A stretch of DNA of 64,000 nucleotides from Methanobacteriota archaeon (GTDB lineage: Archaea; Thermoplasmatota; Poseidoniia; Poseidoniales; Thalassarchaeaceae), in contig WTHQ01000020.1 in the NCBI GenBank assembly GCA_011523055.1, positions 80,114 through 144,113 on the forward strand, written 5' to 3'. The notes under the pieces are model-generated. The model was not told the DNA's origin. It saw only the letters and a program-made list of their open reading frames with translations, and did no database searches. Each line of letters begins with the position of its first letter. Position 1 is the stretch's first letter. Below are positions 9,109 to 18,534 of the stretch, piece after piece. The position numbers and the translations under genes were made by a program.

Positions 9109-9675
9109 ATGGCCCCGCAACCTCTGCCTTTGGCGGACGACGCCCCAGTGGCTGTTTGGAGTGCGGTAGTGAACGGTAATCCTGTCCGTGCGATCATAAA
9201 GAGTCATGATGTTCTGCTCGATGTAATCAGAGACGGAATCGGGTCACTAGGGACCAAGAGAGGGTGCGACATGGGAACCTGTGGCTGCTGCACTGTTATG
9301 ATTGATGGCAAACCAAGACTATCTTGTCTGACTCTTGCGATGGAGGCAAAAAACCACCAAATCACCACGGTGGAGGGTCTCTCCGACGGACATTATCTAC
9401 ATCCAATCCAAGATATGTTTGCCGAATGTGGTGGAAGTCAATGTGGATTTTGTACTCCGGGGTTTCTCGTTGCCAGTGCAGCGTTGTTGGATGGAAACCC
9501 AACACCAACAAGAGAGGAGGCCATGCAAGCCATAGAGGGTAACCTATGCAGATGCACGGGATACCAGCAAATTATCGATTCAATAATGAGCGCATCCAAG
9601 ATACTTTCTGAGGGGTCGCAGATTCAGGCCACCACCGAGCCAGCTAGCGATCCCCACCCGAATTCCAGGGGCTGA
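9109..9675 (+). CDS. [2Fe-2S] small subunit of xanthine dehydrogenase/aldehyde oxidase/CoxS family
   Basis: Plant-type ferredoxin motif CDMGTCGCCTV and second cluster motif CGFCTPGF...NLCRCTGYQQI. Confidence 0.85.
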   Translation: MAPQPLPLADDAPVAVWSAVVNGNPVRAIIKSHDVLLDVIRDGIGSLGTKRGCDMGTCGCCTVMIDGKPRLSCLTLAMEAKNHQITTVEGLSDGHYLHPIQDMFAECGGSQCGFCTPGFLVASAALLDGNPTPTREEAMQAIEGNLCRCTGYQQIIDSIMSASKILSEGSQIQATTEPASDPHPNSRG

Positions 9676-9679
9676 GCTA

Positions 9680-12454
9680 ATGTCGAAGGACAAGGAGATA
9701 GTCGGATATCGCCAACAGCCAGGCAAACTTGACTTTACTAGGCCAGGATCGGGTGGTTCCTCCCCCCTCTCAGAGGACAGGGACCCGGAAATGATTCCTG
9801 CGAGCCAAGGGGGGGAATTAGAGCAACCATGGGGCGCCCATCGTCATGACAACCTGGTCACAGGCAGGGTTATTGGGAAGAGGACGCCCTTGATTGACGG
9901 CAAGTGGAAGGTGACGGGGCAGGCCATTTACGGTGACGATGTCAGATTGCCGGGCGAGATAATCGGCCGCTTGGTGAGGACTGATCGCCATTACGCAAAA
10001 GTTCTCTCGATTGATATGACTGAGGCCGAGTCCATTCCGGGCGTTATCGCAACGGCGACGGGGGTAGACGCCCCATCCGCCTTTGGAGTCTTACCTGTTA
10101 CTAAGGACGAGCATGCAATGGCACTGGAGAAAGTGAGGCATATTGGAGACATTGTTGCATGCGTGGCTGCAGTTGACGAAGAGACCGCCAGGCTAGCGGC
10201 CAGCAAGGTCCAAGTGGAATACGAAGGGCTTGAACCGATTTTCGACATGAGGGACGGGTTGAAGAATTCGACAGACCCGATCCACGATAGAGGAAAATAC
10301 CACATTGGGGAGTCCAATGTTCAGAAAAGAGTGTTCCAGAGGTTCGGAAGAATATCCGACTTGGAGAAATCAATGGCCTCGTATGATGATGATTGGACAT
10401 TTAAGGGCGTGAATCATGGGTTTACAGAGCCACATGCGGTGGTGGCCCACTGGGATCCTAGGGGCCGTCTCACCCTCTACACCCCTCAGCAAGTTCCACA
10501 TTACGTTCATAGGGCTCTAGCAGATGTTTTGGAAATTCCAATGCACCAGATAAACGTCCACAGGACCTATGTGGGAGGTGGCTTCGGAGGGAAGTCCGAC
10601 CCATTCCCTCACGAGATGTGCGCAGCTATACTAGCGAGGAAGAGCGGTAGACCCGTTAGAATCACGTTTGATAGGGAAGAGGTTTTCTGGACAAACAGAG
10701 GACGTCACCCTTCCAGGATTTCAATGTCGATCCATGCTGATGATAAAGGGAGATTAAGCGGGATAGAAACTGACGCGTTGATCGATGGAGGCGGTTTCGC
10801 CTCGTTCGGTCATGTGACCACTTACTACAACGGGGTTCTCCATACCGCACCCTACGAGATAGGGGCATTCCATTACACTGGAGCAAGGGTCTGGACAAAC
10901 AAACCCGCCAGCGGGGCCATGAGAGGGCATGGGGCAGTAAACTCAAGGTGTGCAGTGGAAGTTGGGATTGACCACATCTCCGAAGAGATGGACGTGGACC
11001 CAATTGATCTCAGGCTCGCAAACCTCCTTCCGCCCAATTCAGCAACGATAACCGGTTTCAGGATAACTTCAATCGGAATGAGAGAGTGTCTTGAGAAGGT
11101 TCGCAGACAATCTGGATGGGACGAAAAGTTCAGGAAAATGCCTCTAGGCAAGGGAATTGGGGTAGGCTGTGGCTTCTTTATTTCTGGTAGTGGCCTACCG
11201 ATACACTGGGATCCCAACAAGTTTCCTCATGCCACCGTCCATCTGAAGATTGACATGGATGGGGGGGTTACAGTTCATACCGGTGCGGCTGACATTGGGC
11301 AGGGCTCCGACACTGTTGTTGGACAAGCGGTGGCCGAGGTCCTTGGCCTTCCTATGGACATGATAAGGATCAGGTCGAAAGAGTCAGACACATCTCCGGT
11401 CGATCTTGGTTCTTACTCCAGCAGAGTCACCTTCATGAACGCAAATGCAGCTGTCTCCGCTGCCATGGAAATAAGGTCCAACCTTATCGATGCTGCGTCC
11501 GAACTGACAGGCGTGGAGAGGGCTGACCTGGTTCTCGGAGATAGGCGAATATTCAACAAGAAGGATCCGGGCGTGGGAGTTTCCTACCTCGAAGCATTGC
11601 ACAAGGCACAGGAAGACAAAGGTGCTCTGATAGCCTCTGGGTCTTACAGAACGCCGCCCATGGGGAAAATGCACAAGGGCGCTGCTGCCGGATTGGCTCC
11701 TGCCTACTCCTTCTCTGCTTATGTCGCAGAGGTGGATGTCGATGTCGAGACAGGGAAAATCAAGGTAGAAAAAGTATGGGCAGCACATGATTGCGGAAAG
11801 GCTCTGAACCCACTCTCAGTTGAAGGGCAGATTATCGGATCATGCCACATGGGGCTGGGACAAGTCATATCCGAGGAGATGAAATACGGAAGAACTGGGA
11901 ACCTTCTGAACCCAGACCTCCTCGGCTACAAGATCCCGACGGTCCATGAAATGCCGGAGGTCGTCCCTATAATCGTAGAGTCAAATGATCCAGAAGGGCC
12001 ATTTGGAGCCAAGGAGGCGGGCGAAGGGCCCCTGTTGCCAATCCTCCCCGCGGTTTGCAATGCTGTCTACGACGCCATTGGAGTGAGGGTAAATGAGTTG
12101 CCACTCACCCCTGACAGATTGCACAGGGCAATAGAAAGGACCTGTAAGCATAAGGGGGTCAAAGATCCACGAGATCTCCCCAATCCATCTCTTCAGAAGG
12201 GGGCTTTGTCCGATGTGCTGATTGCACGGGCCGAGGTTCACTCAGAGAGAGACAAACAGAGAAGATTGAATCCAAATCCAGAGGCATACTTCAACGGGCA
12301 ACTATTCAACCATCTTACTACAGGGCCCCCGGAAGAGCATGATCCTGAATGGACTATTCAGGTTCTGCCAGACGAGGAGTATCTGAACAACCCGAAACTG
12401 GCTGGCAGCGCTTGGCTTCACAAGGAAAGAAGGCACATGGAGGAGTCTGGATGA
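9680..12454 (+). CDS. Molybdopterin-binding large subunit of an XDH/CoxL-family hydroxylase (substrate unknown; not a canonical CO dehydrogenase), with N- and C-terminal extensions
   Basis: YVGGGFGGK Mo-binding signature. Active-site loop reads TNKPASGAMRGHGAVNSRC, which is A-x-R-G-x-G type and lacks the AYRCSFR Cys motif of form-I CODH. 924 aa versus about 780-800 typical; approx. 150-aa unique C-terminal tail. Confidence 0.85.
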   Translation: MSKDKEIVGYRQQPGKLDFTRPGSGGSSPLSEDRDPEMIPASQGGELEQPWGAHRHDNLVTGRVIGKRTPLIDGKWKVTGQAIYGDDVRLPGEIIGRLVRTDRHYAKVLSIDMTEAESIPGVIATATGVDAPSAFGVLPVTKDEHAMALEKVRHIGDIVACVAAVDEETARLAASKVQVEYEGLEPIFDMRDGLKNSTDPIHDRGKYHIGESNVQKRVFQRFGRISDLEKSMASYDDDWTFKGVNHGFTEPHAVVAHWDPRGRLTLYTPQQVPHYVHRALADVLEIPMHQINVHRTYVGGGFGGKSDPFPHEMCAAILARKSGRPVRITFDREEVFWTNRGRHPSRISMSIHADDKGRLSGIETDALIDGGGFASFGHVTTYYNGVLHTAPYEIGAFHYTGARVWTNKPASGAMRGHGAVNSRCAVEVGIDHISEEMDVDPIDLRLANLLPPNSATITGFRITSIGMRECLEKVRRQSGWDEKFRKMPLGKGIGVGCGFFISGSGLPIHWDPNKFPHATVHLKIDMDGGVTVHTGAADIGQGSDTVVGQAVAEVLGLPMDMIRIRSKESDTSPVDLGSYSSRVTFMNANAAVSAAMEIRSNLIDAASELTGVERADLVLGDRRIFNKKDPGVGVSYLEALHKAQEDKGALIASGSYRTPPMGKMHKGAAAGLAPAYSFSAYVAEVDVDVETGKIKVEKVWAAHDCGKALNPLSVEGQIIGSCHMGLGQVISEEMKYGRTGNLLNPDLLGYKIPTVHEMPEVVPIIVESNDPEGPFGAKEAGEGPLLPILPAVCNAVYDAIGVRVNELPLTPDRLHRAIERTCKHKGVKDPRDLPNPSLQKGALSDVLIARAEVHSERDKQRRLNPNPEAYFNGQLFNHLTTGPPEEHDPEWTIQVLPDEEYLNNPKLAGSAWLHKERRHMEESG

Positions 12455-13455
12455 AGACCCCGGCATTTGAACTCCACATACCCACCACTTTGAAGGAGGC
12501 CCTGGGCATAGCCAGAGAATTGCATGAAAGGGGGCATGACTTTGACTGGATATCCGGGGGGACTGACCTAATTCCAAATTACAAGTGGGGAATCAACCCT
12601 CGACCTCATGTCATATCAATTTCAGGAGTTGATGAACTCAAGGGAATCTCCCCCACCAGGATTGGGGCGATGGCGAGATTGCAGGATATCGTGGAATCAC
12701 CGGTTGCGCACCCACTGATTGTTGAGGCGGCTGGGACGATTGCGAGTATAATGATCCGCAGGTCAGGGACACTTGGAGGGAACCTTTGCCTAGATACTAG
12801 GTGCTTCTGGCTCAACCAATCAGAGACATGGAGGAAGTCGATAGATTACTGTCACAAATGCGATGCGGGGACGGGTGCGGATTGCAGAGTGATCCCAAAC
12901 CAGAATGAGCTCTGTGTTGCGACCTACCAGGGAGATCTAGCACCTGCACTGATGTGCCTGGACGCAAGTGTTCACCTAGCCTCCCATAGGGGTACTCGGA
13001 GCATGCCGCTTGAGGACTTCTTCCAAGAAGACGGCATCACAAGAAACGTACTACAACAGGGAGAGATAGTCACACACGTCGAGATTCCAAAGGGTTCTAC
13101 GAGCGTAGTCGGGTCCTACCAGAAACTTCGTCATCGAGAGGCGTGGGATTTCCCAGAGGGGGGTGTCGCCTTCTCGGTATCACTCTCTGATGACGGCACC
13201 CCTGTTTCATTCAACATGGCTAGCACAGGGTTTGAGAGCATTCCTCGCAAGCATCACGATTTGGTTGAAACTATCTCAAAGGGTCCTGATTGGGCCGTGG
13301 AAGCAGAACGACTTGGGGTAGAACTCAAGAGAGCGGTCCGGCCCGTGCTAAACACGTGGTTCCCCCCAGCATATCGAAAGAAAATGGCCTCAGTGTTGGC
13401 CAGAAGAGCCATGGAAGAAGCCTCAAAAAGACTTACTTCGGCTTGGCAGTCATAG
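12451..13455 (+). CDS. FAD-binding medium subunit (CoxM/XdhB-like) of the XDH-family enzyme
   Basis: MKTPAFELHIPTTLKEALGIARELHERGHDFDWISGGTDLIPNYKW is a FAD-binding molybdopterin-dehydrogenase signature. Its ATG overlaps the CoxL stop in an ATGA arrangement (12451-12454). Confidence 0.8.
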   Translation: MKTPAFELHIPTTLKEALGIARELHERGHDFDWISGGTDLIPNYKWGINPRPHVISISGVDELKGISPTRIGAMARLQDIVESPVAHPLIVEAAGTIASIMIRRSGTLGGNLCLDTRCFWLNQSETWRKSIDYCHKCDAGTGADCRVIPNQNELCVATYQGDLAPALMCLDASVHLASHRGTRSMPLEDFFQEDGITRNVLQQGEIVTHVEIPKGSTSVVGSYQKLRHREAWDFPEGGVAFSVSLSDDGTPVSFNMASTGFESIPRKHHDLVETISKGPDWAVEAERLGVELKRAVRPVLNTWFPPAYRKKMASVLARRAMEEASKRLTSAWQS

Positions 13456-14351
13456 GCTTCCACCTATTATTGAGCATGGGTATCGCCACTGGACAAGATG
13501 GCCCAGGGGGATGGTCGGTGTCCATTTCAGATGAAAACGGGGAGTCCCAGAAAATTACACTTTCACAAGGTGGTGGCTCCTCTATACCGATACTAGTCGA
13601 AAATAACGAAATATTCGGTACCATAACAGTCTCCCTGGACTGCACTGCCCCATTTGAGGCACAGGTATCCTGTCCAGCTGATGTGACGGTGACCTCAGGA
13701 GAGAACACCACAGTATACGGAGTGGTGAGCGATGTCGATGTTCAGAGTATCCCAGCTGGTACGAATGAGTTGTTCGAGGTAACTGGCACAGTCGTAGCCA
13801 GGAATGGAGTTCCGATCGTACTCCCCGGGGACACGGATTCTGACGACGTTCCAGTTGAAATCCCAGAGATTTACAACCTGGAAGTGACCATCGACGATCC
13901 AGTAGGCCCGATAAACGCTGGAGCCGATACAATCCTGAAGGTCTTCGTCAAAAACATGGGCAACATTGCGGATAGAGTCTCCGAAACTGATGTCTCAGTG
14001 GATTGTACGCTCATAACGGTAGGAGGGCAGACTTCTGAGATAACAAATACCGAAATTGCGATCGGTGCCTCAATTTCAACAAACCTCGTATTTGAGGCTG
14101 CACTTAGCCACCCATCTAGATCGTGCGACGTGGAAATCCAGATTATATCCCAGGGTTCTGGCGGTAGCCAAACATCAACCGACTCTACAAGAATTGAAGT
14201 GCAAGCCGCAACAGATGATAATGAAGAGAAGAAGCCGACTGAAGATGACACAGGGACTGTCGAGGTAGTTACCACTGGACTTCCCTCAATAGGAATTCTT
14301 GGATCTACAGCATCATTGTTGATCGCGGCCTTTTTGCGAAGGAAGTCCTGA
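13443..14351 (+). CDS. Secreted, C-terminally membrane-anchored surface protein with CARDB/Ig-like fold region
   Basis: Signal-like N-terminus (KKTYFGLAVIGFHLLLSMGIATG). Body VTIDDPVGPINAGADTILKVFVKNMGNIADRVSETDVSVDC. C-terminal TM plus basic tail LPSIGILGSTASLLIAAFLRRKS. No in-frame ATG before the signal; TTG 13443 is proposed and the start is uncertain (the listed ORF TTG 13290 overlaps coxM). Confidence 0.5.
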   Translation: MAVIGFHLLLSMGIATGQDGPGGWSVSISDENGESQKITLSQGGGSSIPILVENNEIFGTITVSLDCTAPFEAQVSCPADVTVTSGENTTVYGVVSDVDVQSIPAGTNELFEVTGTVVARNGVPIVLPGDTDSDDVPVEIPEIYNLEVTIDDPVGPINAGADTILKVFVKNMGNIADRVSETDVSVDCTLITVGGQTSEITNTEIAIGASISTNLVFEAALSHPSRSCDVEIQIISQGSGGSQTSTDSTRIEVQAATDDNEEKKPTEDDTGTVEVVTTGLPSIGILGSTASLLIAAFLRRKS

Positions 14352-14439
14352 ATTCTCCTGCGTTTTCTAAAATGTGATTTCAACCCTCCTTCAGCAACCT
14401 ATAACACCTCGGGAATGCCCCAGACTTCTGTCGGCCTCC

Positions 14440-16089
14440 ATGGGGGGGCCTCAGTGGGCGGGGAATATGGCCAAAACAGACTCTGATACCGAGCGGTTCA
14501 ACAGAATCGTTGTTTGGTCACTCGGAGCCACTGCGGTCTTGCTACTGATCCTGCCTATGTTCTTCGTGTTGTCCAATGTGACCTACTACTCTGCCTATGT
14601 GGATAGTGGTGACACTGACGAGGAGAAATTCGCTCAGCTCTCAACAATGAGGTCTACACTAATGGAAGATTTGGACAGGGGAAATGGGGATGTCTCATTG
14701 GGATATGACGTCGCCAATACCATCTCAACCCCGATGCTCGTCAATGACTGGAGGGACCCCCACAGAAGCATGCTAGTGATAGTGGGGCCCGAGAAGCCGA
14801 TTGACCAGACTGAGGCACGGTCTATCCATGACTTCGTAACTAAATCAGGTGGGAAGGTGATCGTCGCTGCCGAAAACTCGAATGCCAACGAGCTGGCTTC
14901 CCTATTCGGAGTGACTTTTTTTGATGACCCCCTACACGACGAAAACCAACATTTCCTGATATACAACGAAGATGGAGAGCCCTACGCCCCATCATGGAGG
15001 AACGTTTGGTCTGCTGCCTCAGTTAGCCAGGACGTTGAATCCATGCAGCCTGCTTACCTCAGCCAAGTATGCACAGACGATCAAATCAGGAACAACCTCA
15101 TGACAAATTGCAGGCTCCCCCTGATGTTCAGATCCCCGACAGGAATGAAGTTTGAACCGACCAACATGGACCAGTCAGACCCTGAACATAGAACCGTGAA
15201 GATACTAGCCAAAGCTTCCTCAGGAGCGTTCATCGACGTCGCAGGCACTGGCGACGCTGGTGACTACAGAAACCCTGCCCCCGGGGACTTGGCCCTTGTC
15301 ATACGTGTGGACTACCCTGTGAAAGCATATGACAAGCCGCAAGAAAGTCAAGGTGGTTTCGCCGGCACCTCGGAGGTTGCCGAGGTTGACGTCACTGGAA
15401 GCATTACGTTCGTTGCAGATGATGAGGCATTCTCGAACATGCTATGGGATCTGCAACAAGCCCAAACCCAAGGAATAAGGTCAAACTGCGATACTGTGAA
15501 CTCCTGTTGGCTGGACGTCCTGCCCGAGGGGCAGTGGAATGGAAACTCAATGTATTTTTCAGCTTTGATTTTCGATATGATGGAACACAGGAACCCTGAT
15601 CTCTCATCCACATTCAGGGACGATAAATCACAATATCAGGTTGTTTTTGATGAAAGCAGACACTCCACAGGAAGATTATCCGCGCCCTTTGTCGAGACGA
15701 TGGGGACCGTGGTTCTTCTGACCTCTAACCCATTCTTGAAATGGCTCGTGGTCCTAAATGTCGGATTATTGCTTCTGGTGTCTATGATGGTTGTGCCGCA
15801 GAAGGAGAATTGGAGGCACGTGTTTGACCTGACCAGGTTCAAAGAAAGGCCTGGAAAGCTAGATCCCTCGACCTACAGAGAAAGGGTCCAACAGGCATTG
15901 TTCACCAAGGTGAGGGTTCACTATGATTTGACAAGAGACCAGTTAGCCCTCAAGCCCCCGTCCGAGGTTCAGGACATGATCAATGACCCCAAGCTAGTAG
16001 AATTGGCATACAGCCAATCTCGCGTTTACCATTCCCAAGAATTGCGACAATTGATGATCGCTATTCGTAAATGGGGGAAGCAAAACTGA
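14440..16089 (+). CDS. Membrane-anchored protein of the MoxR/DUF58 module (N- and C-terminal TM helices, large extracytoplasmic domain)
   Basis: N-terminal TM IVVWSLGATAVLLLILPMFFVL and C-terminal TM VVLLTSNPFLKWLVVLNVGLLLLVSMMVV. Sits directly upstream of MoxR. Alternative ATG at 14467. Confidence 0.55.
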   Translation: MGGPQWAGNMAKTDSDTERFNRIVVWSLGATAVLLLILPMFFVLSNVTYYSAYVDSGDTDEEKFAQLSTMRSTLMEDLDRGNGDVSLGYDVANTISTPMLVNDWRDPHRSMLVIVGPEKPIDQTEARSIHDFVTKSGGKVIVAAENSNANELASLFGVTFFDDPLHDENQHFLIYNEDGEPYAPSWRNVWSAASVSQDVESMQPAYLSQVCTDDQIRNNLMTNCRLPLMFRSPTGMKFEPTNMDQSDPEHRTVKILAKASSGAFIDVAGTGDAGDYRNPAPGDLALVIRVDYPVKAYDKPQESQGGFAGTSEVAEVDVTGSITFVADDEAFSNMLWDLQQAQTQGIRSNCDTVNSCWLDVLPEGQWNGNSMYFSALIFDMMEHRNPDLSSTFRDDKSQYQVVFDESRHSTGRLSAPFVETMGTVVLLTSNPFLKWLVVLNVGLLLLVSMMVVPQKENWRHVFDLTRFKERPGKLDPSTYRERVQQALFTKVRVHYDLTRDQLALKPPSEVQDMINDPKLVELAYSQSRVYHSQELRQLMIAIRKWGKQN

Positions 16090-16107
16090 AAAACAGGAGC
16101 GAATGAA

Positions 16108-17172
16108 ATGTCAGACACACCACCGCCACCAGCCAGTAGTAAGAACAAATCGAAGAACGCAGATAAAATTGAGGAAGGCTATGCAAAGAAGGCAGCAGAG
16201 GCCCGTGGAGGAGAGAAGGTTAGCGATCGGCTTACAGCCGTAAGTGCAATTGCGAAGGCAATCTCCGGCGAAGTACAGAAGGTCATTATCGGGAAATCTC
16301 ACGTCATTGACAACGTCCTGATAAATATCCTATCCAACGGCAACCTACTTTTCGAGGATTATCCTGGATTGGCGAAGACCCTGATGACGAATACTTTCGC
16401 AGATGCATTGGGTTGCGACTTCAAGAGGGTTCAATTCACCCCTGACCTGCTTCCAGCGGATATCACTGGAACGAACATCTATGATGCCAAGAAGGGAGAG
16501 TTTACGTTCAAGCCTGGACCAATATTTTGCAACCTTCTCCTGTCTGACGAGATTAACCGAGCCCCGCCAAAGACGCAAGCTGCGTTGCTAGAGGCGATGC
16601 AAGAAAAGCAGGTCACCATAGGAACTGTGACGCACAAACTACCTGCACCTTTCTTGACGATGGCCACACAGAACCCCGTCGAGCAAGAAGGGACATACCC
16701 GCTCCCCGAGGCTCAACTTGACAGGTTCATGTTCAAGATGAGCGTCGGCTACCCCGACAGAGGAGACGAGGACGAGATACTCGCTCGTAGAATAGAGCGA
16801 AAGAAGGACGATGTAGATGTCGAAGTGATCACCGATCCGTCCCGAGTAGTGGCCATGCAAGAGGCAATAGAAGACGTGTATGTTGACCCCGCTGTCAGGA
16901 TGTACATGGTAGAAGTTGTTGCAAGGACCAGGGAAGACCCGCGTGTCCTAGTGGGGTCATCTCCCCGTGGCTCCCAGGCATTGCTGAAGACCTCTCGTGC
17001 TGCGGCTGCAATGCGCGGAAGAGATTTCGTAACACCTGATGACGTCAAGTCAGTCGCAACACTGGCTGTATCCCACAGACTGATTCTGAAGCCAGAACAT
17101 CAGATTAAGGGCCTAGAGACAGAGGAAGTTGTGCGAGACATATTGAATCAGGTTCCAGTACCAACTGTATGA
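16108..17172 (+). CDS. MoxR-family AAA+ ATPase
   Basis: AAA_3 signature VIIGKSHVIDNVLINILSNGNLLFEDYPGLAKTLMTNTFADALG and LLSDEINRAPPKTQAALLEAMQEKQVTIG. Has an approx. 50-aa Ala/Lys-rich N-terminal extension. Confidence 0.85.
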   Translation: MSDTPPPPASSKNKSKNADKIEEGYAKKAAEARGGEKVSDRLTAVSAIAKAISGEVQKVIIGKSHVIDNVLINILSNGNLLFEDYPGLAKTLMTNTFADALGCDFKRVQFTPDLLPADITGTNIYDAKKGEFTFKPGPIFCNLLLSDEINRAPPKTQAALLEAMQEKQVTIGTVTHKLPAPFLTMATQNPVEQEGTYPLPEAQLDRFMFKMSVGYPDRGDEDEILARRIERKKDDVDVEVITDPSRVVAMQEAIEDVYVDPAVRMYMVEVVARTREDPRVLVGSSPRGSQALLKTSRAAAAMRGRDFVTPDDVKSVATLAVSHRLILKPEHQIKGLETEEVVRDILNQVPVPTV

Positions 17173-17229
17173 ATTTCAACCTAATTGTGGACAGGAGGGA
17201 TTGCACTGGCGTGGAGCAGAAAGTCAGCG

Positions 17230-18525
17230 ATGTTCGCATCACTGGCAATCGGGCTCTATCTACTTGGACTTGTTTTGAGAAATCAGCAACTTGTTACAGT
17301 CGCAGTCGTTCTGCTCTCATTCCTGACCTATGCTGCATTCAGAACCACGCACGCCGACGTGGCCTCCGCTGGGAGAAGGCTTGAGGACAACGATTCGGAC
17401 GAGGGGATTCAACTCGGTGGAATTTCAGCTCTGAGGAAGGTGTCTTCCTCGAGGGTATTCGAGGATGGCGAGATTGACGTAATTCTCAGAATTCAAAACA
17501 GGACGCCCATGGCGAAAATAATCGAGGTCAGGGACAGGGTGCCAGAGGTCATGCGGATAAAGAAGGGGGCGAATTACGTACTGATGGAACTCGGAGGCAG
17601 AAGAGAGACTGAAATTTCCTACACCATAGAGGCCCCTCTCAGAGGTTTCTACACCATTGGCCCTGTTTGCGTAAGGATCCAGGACACCTTCGGCCTGTTC
17701 CACAATGAACGTGAGATACAGCTCTATGATGACTTCCTCGTATTCCCCAAGATGGAGGACATCAAGGACGCCATGATCAAGAGTAAAGTCCCCAAGATAT
17801 TCACAGGTGCGGTGAACATAAGAAACCCAGGAGAAGGGTCCAATTTCTACAACCTCAGGGAGTACATTCCTGGGGACCCCATGAAGAAAGTGAATTGGAA
17901 TGCTACTGCAAGGAGTGGCGGGAAGATGATGGTGAATGAATACGAGAGGGACGCAGTTAGCGATATCATCCTCATAGTAGACAGTCGTGCGATAAGCGAA
18001 ACAGGTCCTGTGAGCCGGAACTCGTTGGTATACAGTACTCGAGCAGCTGCCAGCCTAGCGCAACATTTCCTTGCGAGACGTGATTCGGTTGGTCTCGTGA
18101 CCTATGGGGATGAAATTGTGTCTGTTGACAGGGACACAGGAAAAAAGCAACTTTACGTAATCCTAACCAAGTTGGCTGGAGCGGTTGCCAAGGGCAATAC
18201 TCCCTTGAGGGTTGTAACGAATAGGCTGATGCCGCATATCAACAGAGGAAGCCCGATCATCATACTCAGCCCATTAGAAGACGATCCAACCATCATTGAT
18301 GCCGTAAGGGACCTCAGAGCTAGGAATTTCATGGTCACCATACTTTCCCCCAGTAGCATTGATTTCGAGTTCGATGCCAGGAGGTTAGACCCGGTGGGCT
18401 ATGAGCTCCTCAAGACCGAGAGGGACATTCTGATGTCTGAGATTAGGGGGCTAGGGGCCAACATCATGGATTGGGAACCAGAAATGCTGCTTGTTACTGC
18501 CCTAGCAGGGGCAAGAGGATACTGA
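17230..18525 (+). CDS. DUF58 protein with vWA-like domain (MoxR partner)
   Basis: Hallmark DUF58 motif LREYIPGDPMKKVNWNATARSG. vWA-like DVSDIILIVDSRAIS. Two N-terminal TM helices. ATG 17230; a TTG alternative lies at 17185. Confidence 0.8.
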   Translation: MFASLAIGLYLLGLVLRNQQLVTVAVVLLSFLTYAAFRTTHADVASAGRRLEDNDSDEGIQLGGISALRKVSSSRVFEDGEIDVILRIQNRTPMAKIIEVRDRVPEVMRIKKGANYVLMELGGRRETEISYTIEAPLRGFYTIGPVCVRIQDTFGLFHNEREIQLYDDFLVFPKMEDIKDAMIKSKVPKIFTGAVNIRNPGEGSNFYNLREYIPGDPMKKVNWNATARSGGKMMVNEYERDAVSDIILIVDSRAISETGPVSRNSLVYSTRAAASLAQHFLARRDSVGLVTYGDEIVSVDRDTGKKQLYVILTKLAGAVAKGNTPLRVVTNRLMPHINRGSPIIILSPLEDDPTIIDAVRDLRARNFMVTILSPSSIDFEFDARRLDPVGYELLKTERDILMSEIRGLGANIMDWEPEMLLVTALAGARGY

Positions 18526-18534
18526 GGTGCGAAT

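Noticed and set aside
9324-9542. Alternative-frame ORFs inside coxS (9324..9542, 9335..9535) and numerous 60-130 aa antisense/off-frame ORFs inside the large genes (examples: 2560..2799, 10101..10400, 37027..37278, 40679..41005, 57040..57372)
   Set aside because: They are embedded in well-supported longer CDSs, and high GC produces stop-poor shadow frames. None has a family signature or plausible start context.
9680-12454. Annotating the CoxL-like gene as aerobic carbon-monoxide dehydrogenase
   Set aside because: The active-site loop is AMRGHG-type and lacks the AYRCSFR motif with the Cu-binding Cys of form-I CODH. Function is left as XDH-family hydroxylase of unknown substrate.
13290-13442. 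TTG-initiated 5' extension of the surface-protein ORF overlapping the last 165 nt of coxM
   Set aside because: A long out-of-frame overlap with a conserved CoxM C-terminus is unlikely. The signal-peptide-like segment begins near 13422, so a downstream TTG/ATG start is preferred.
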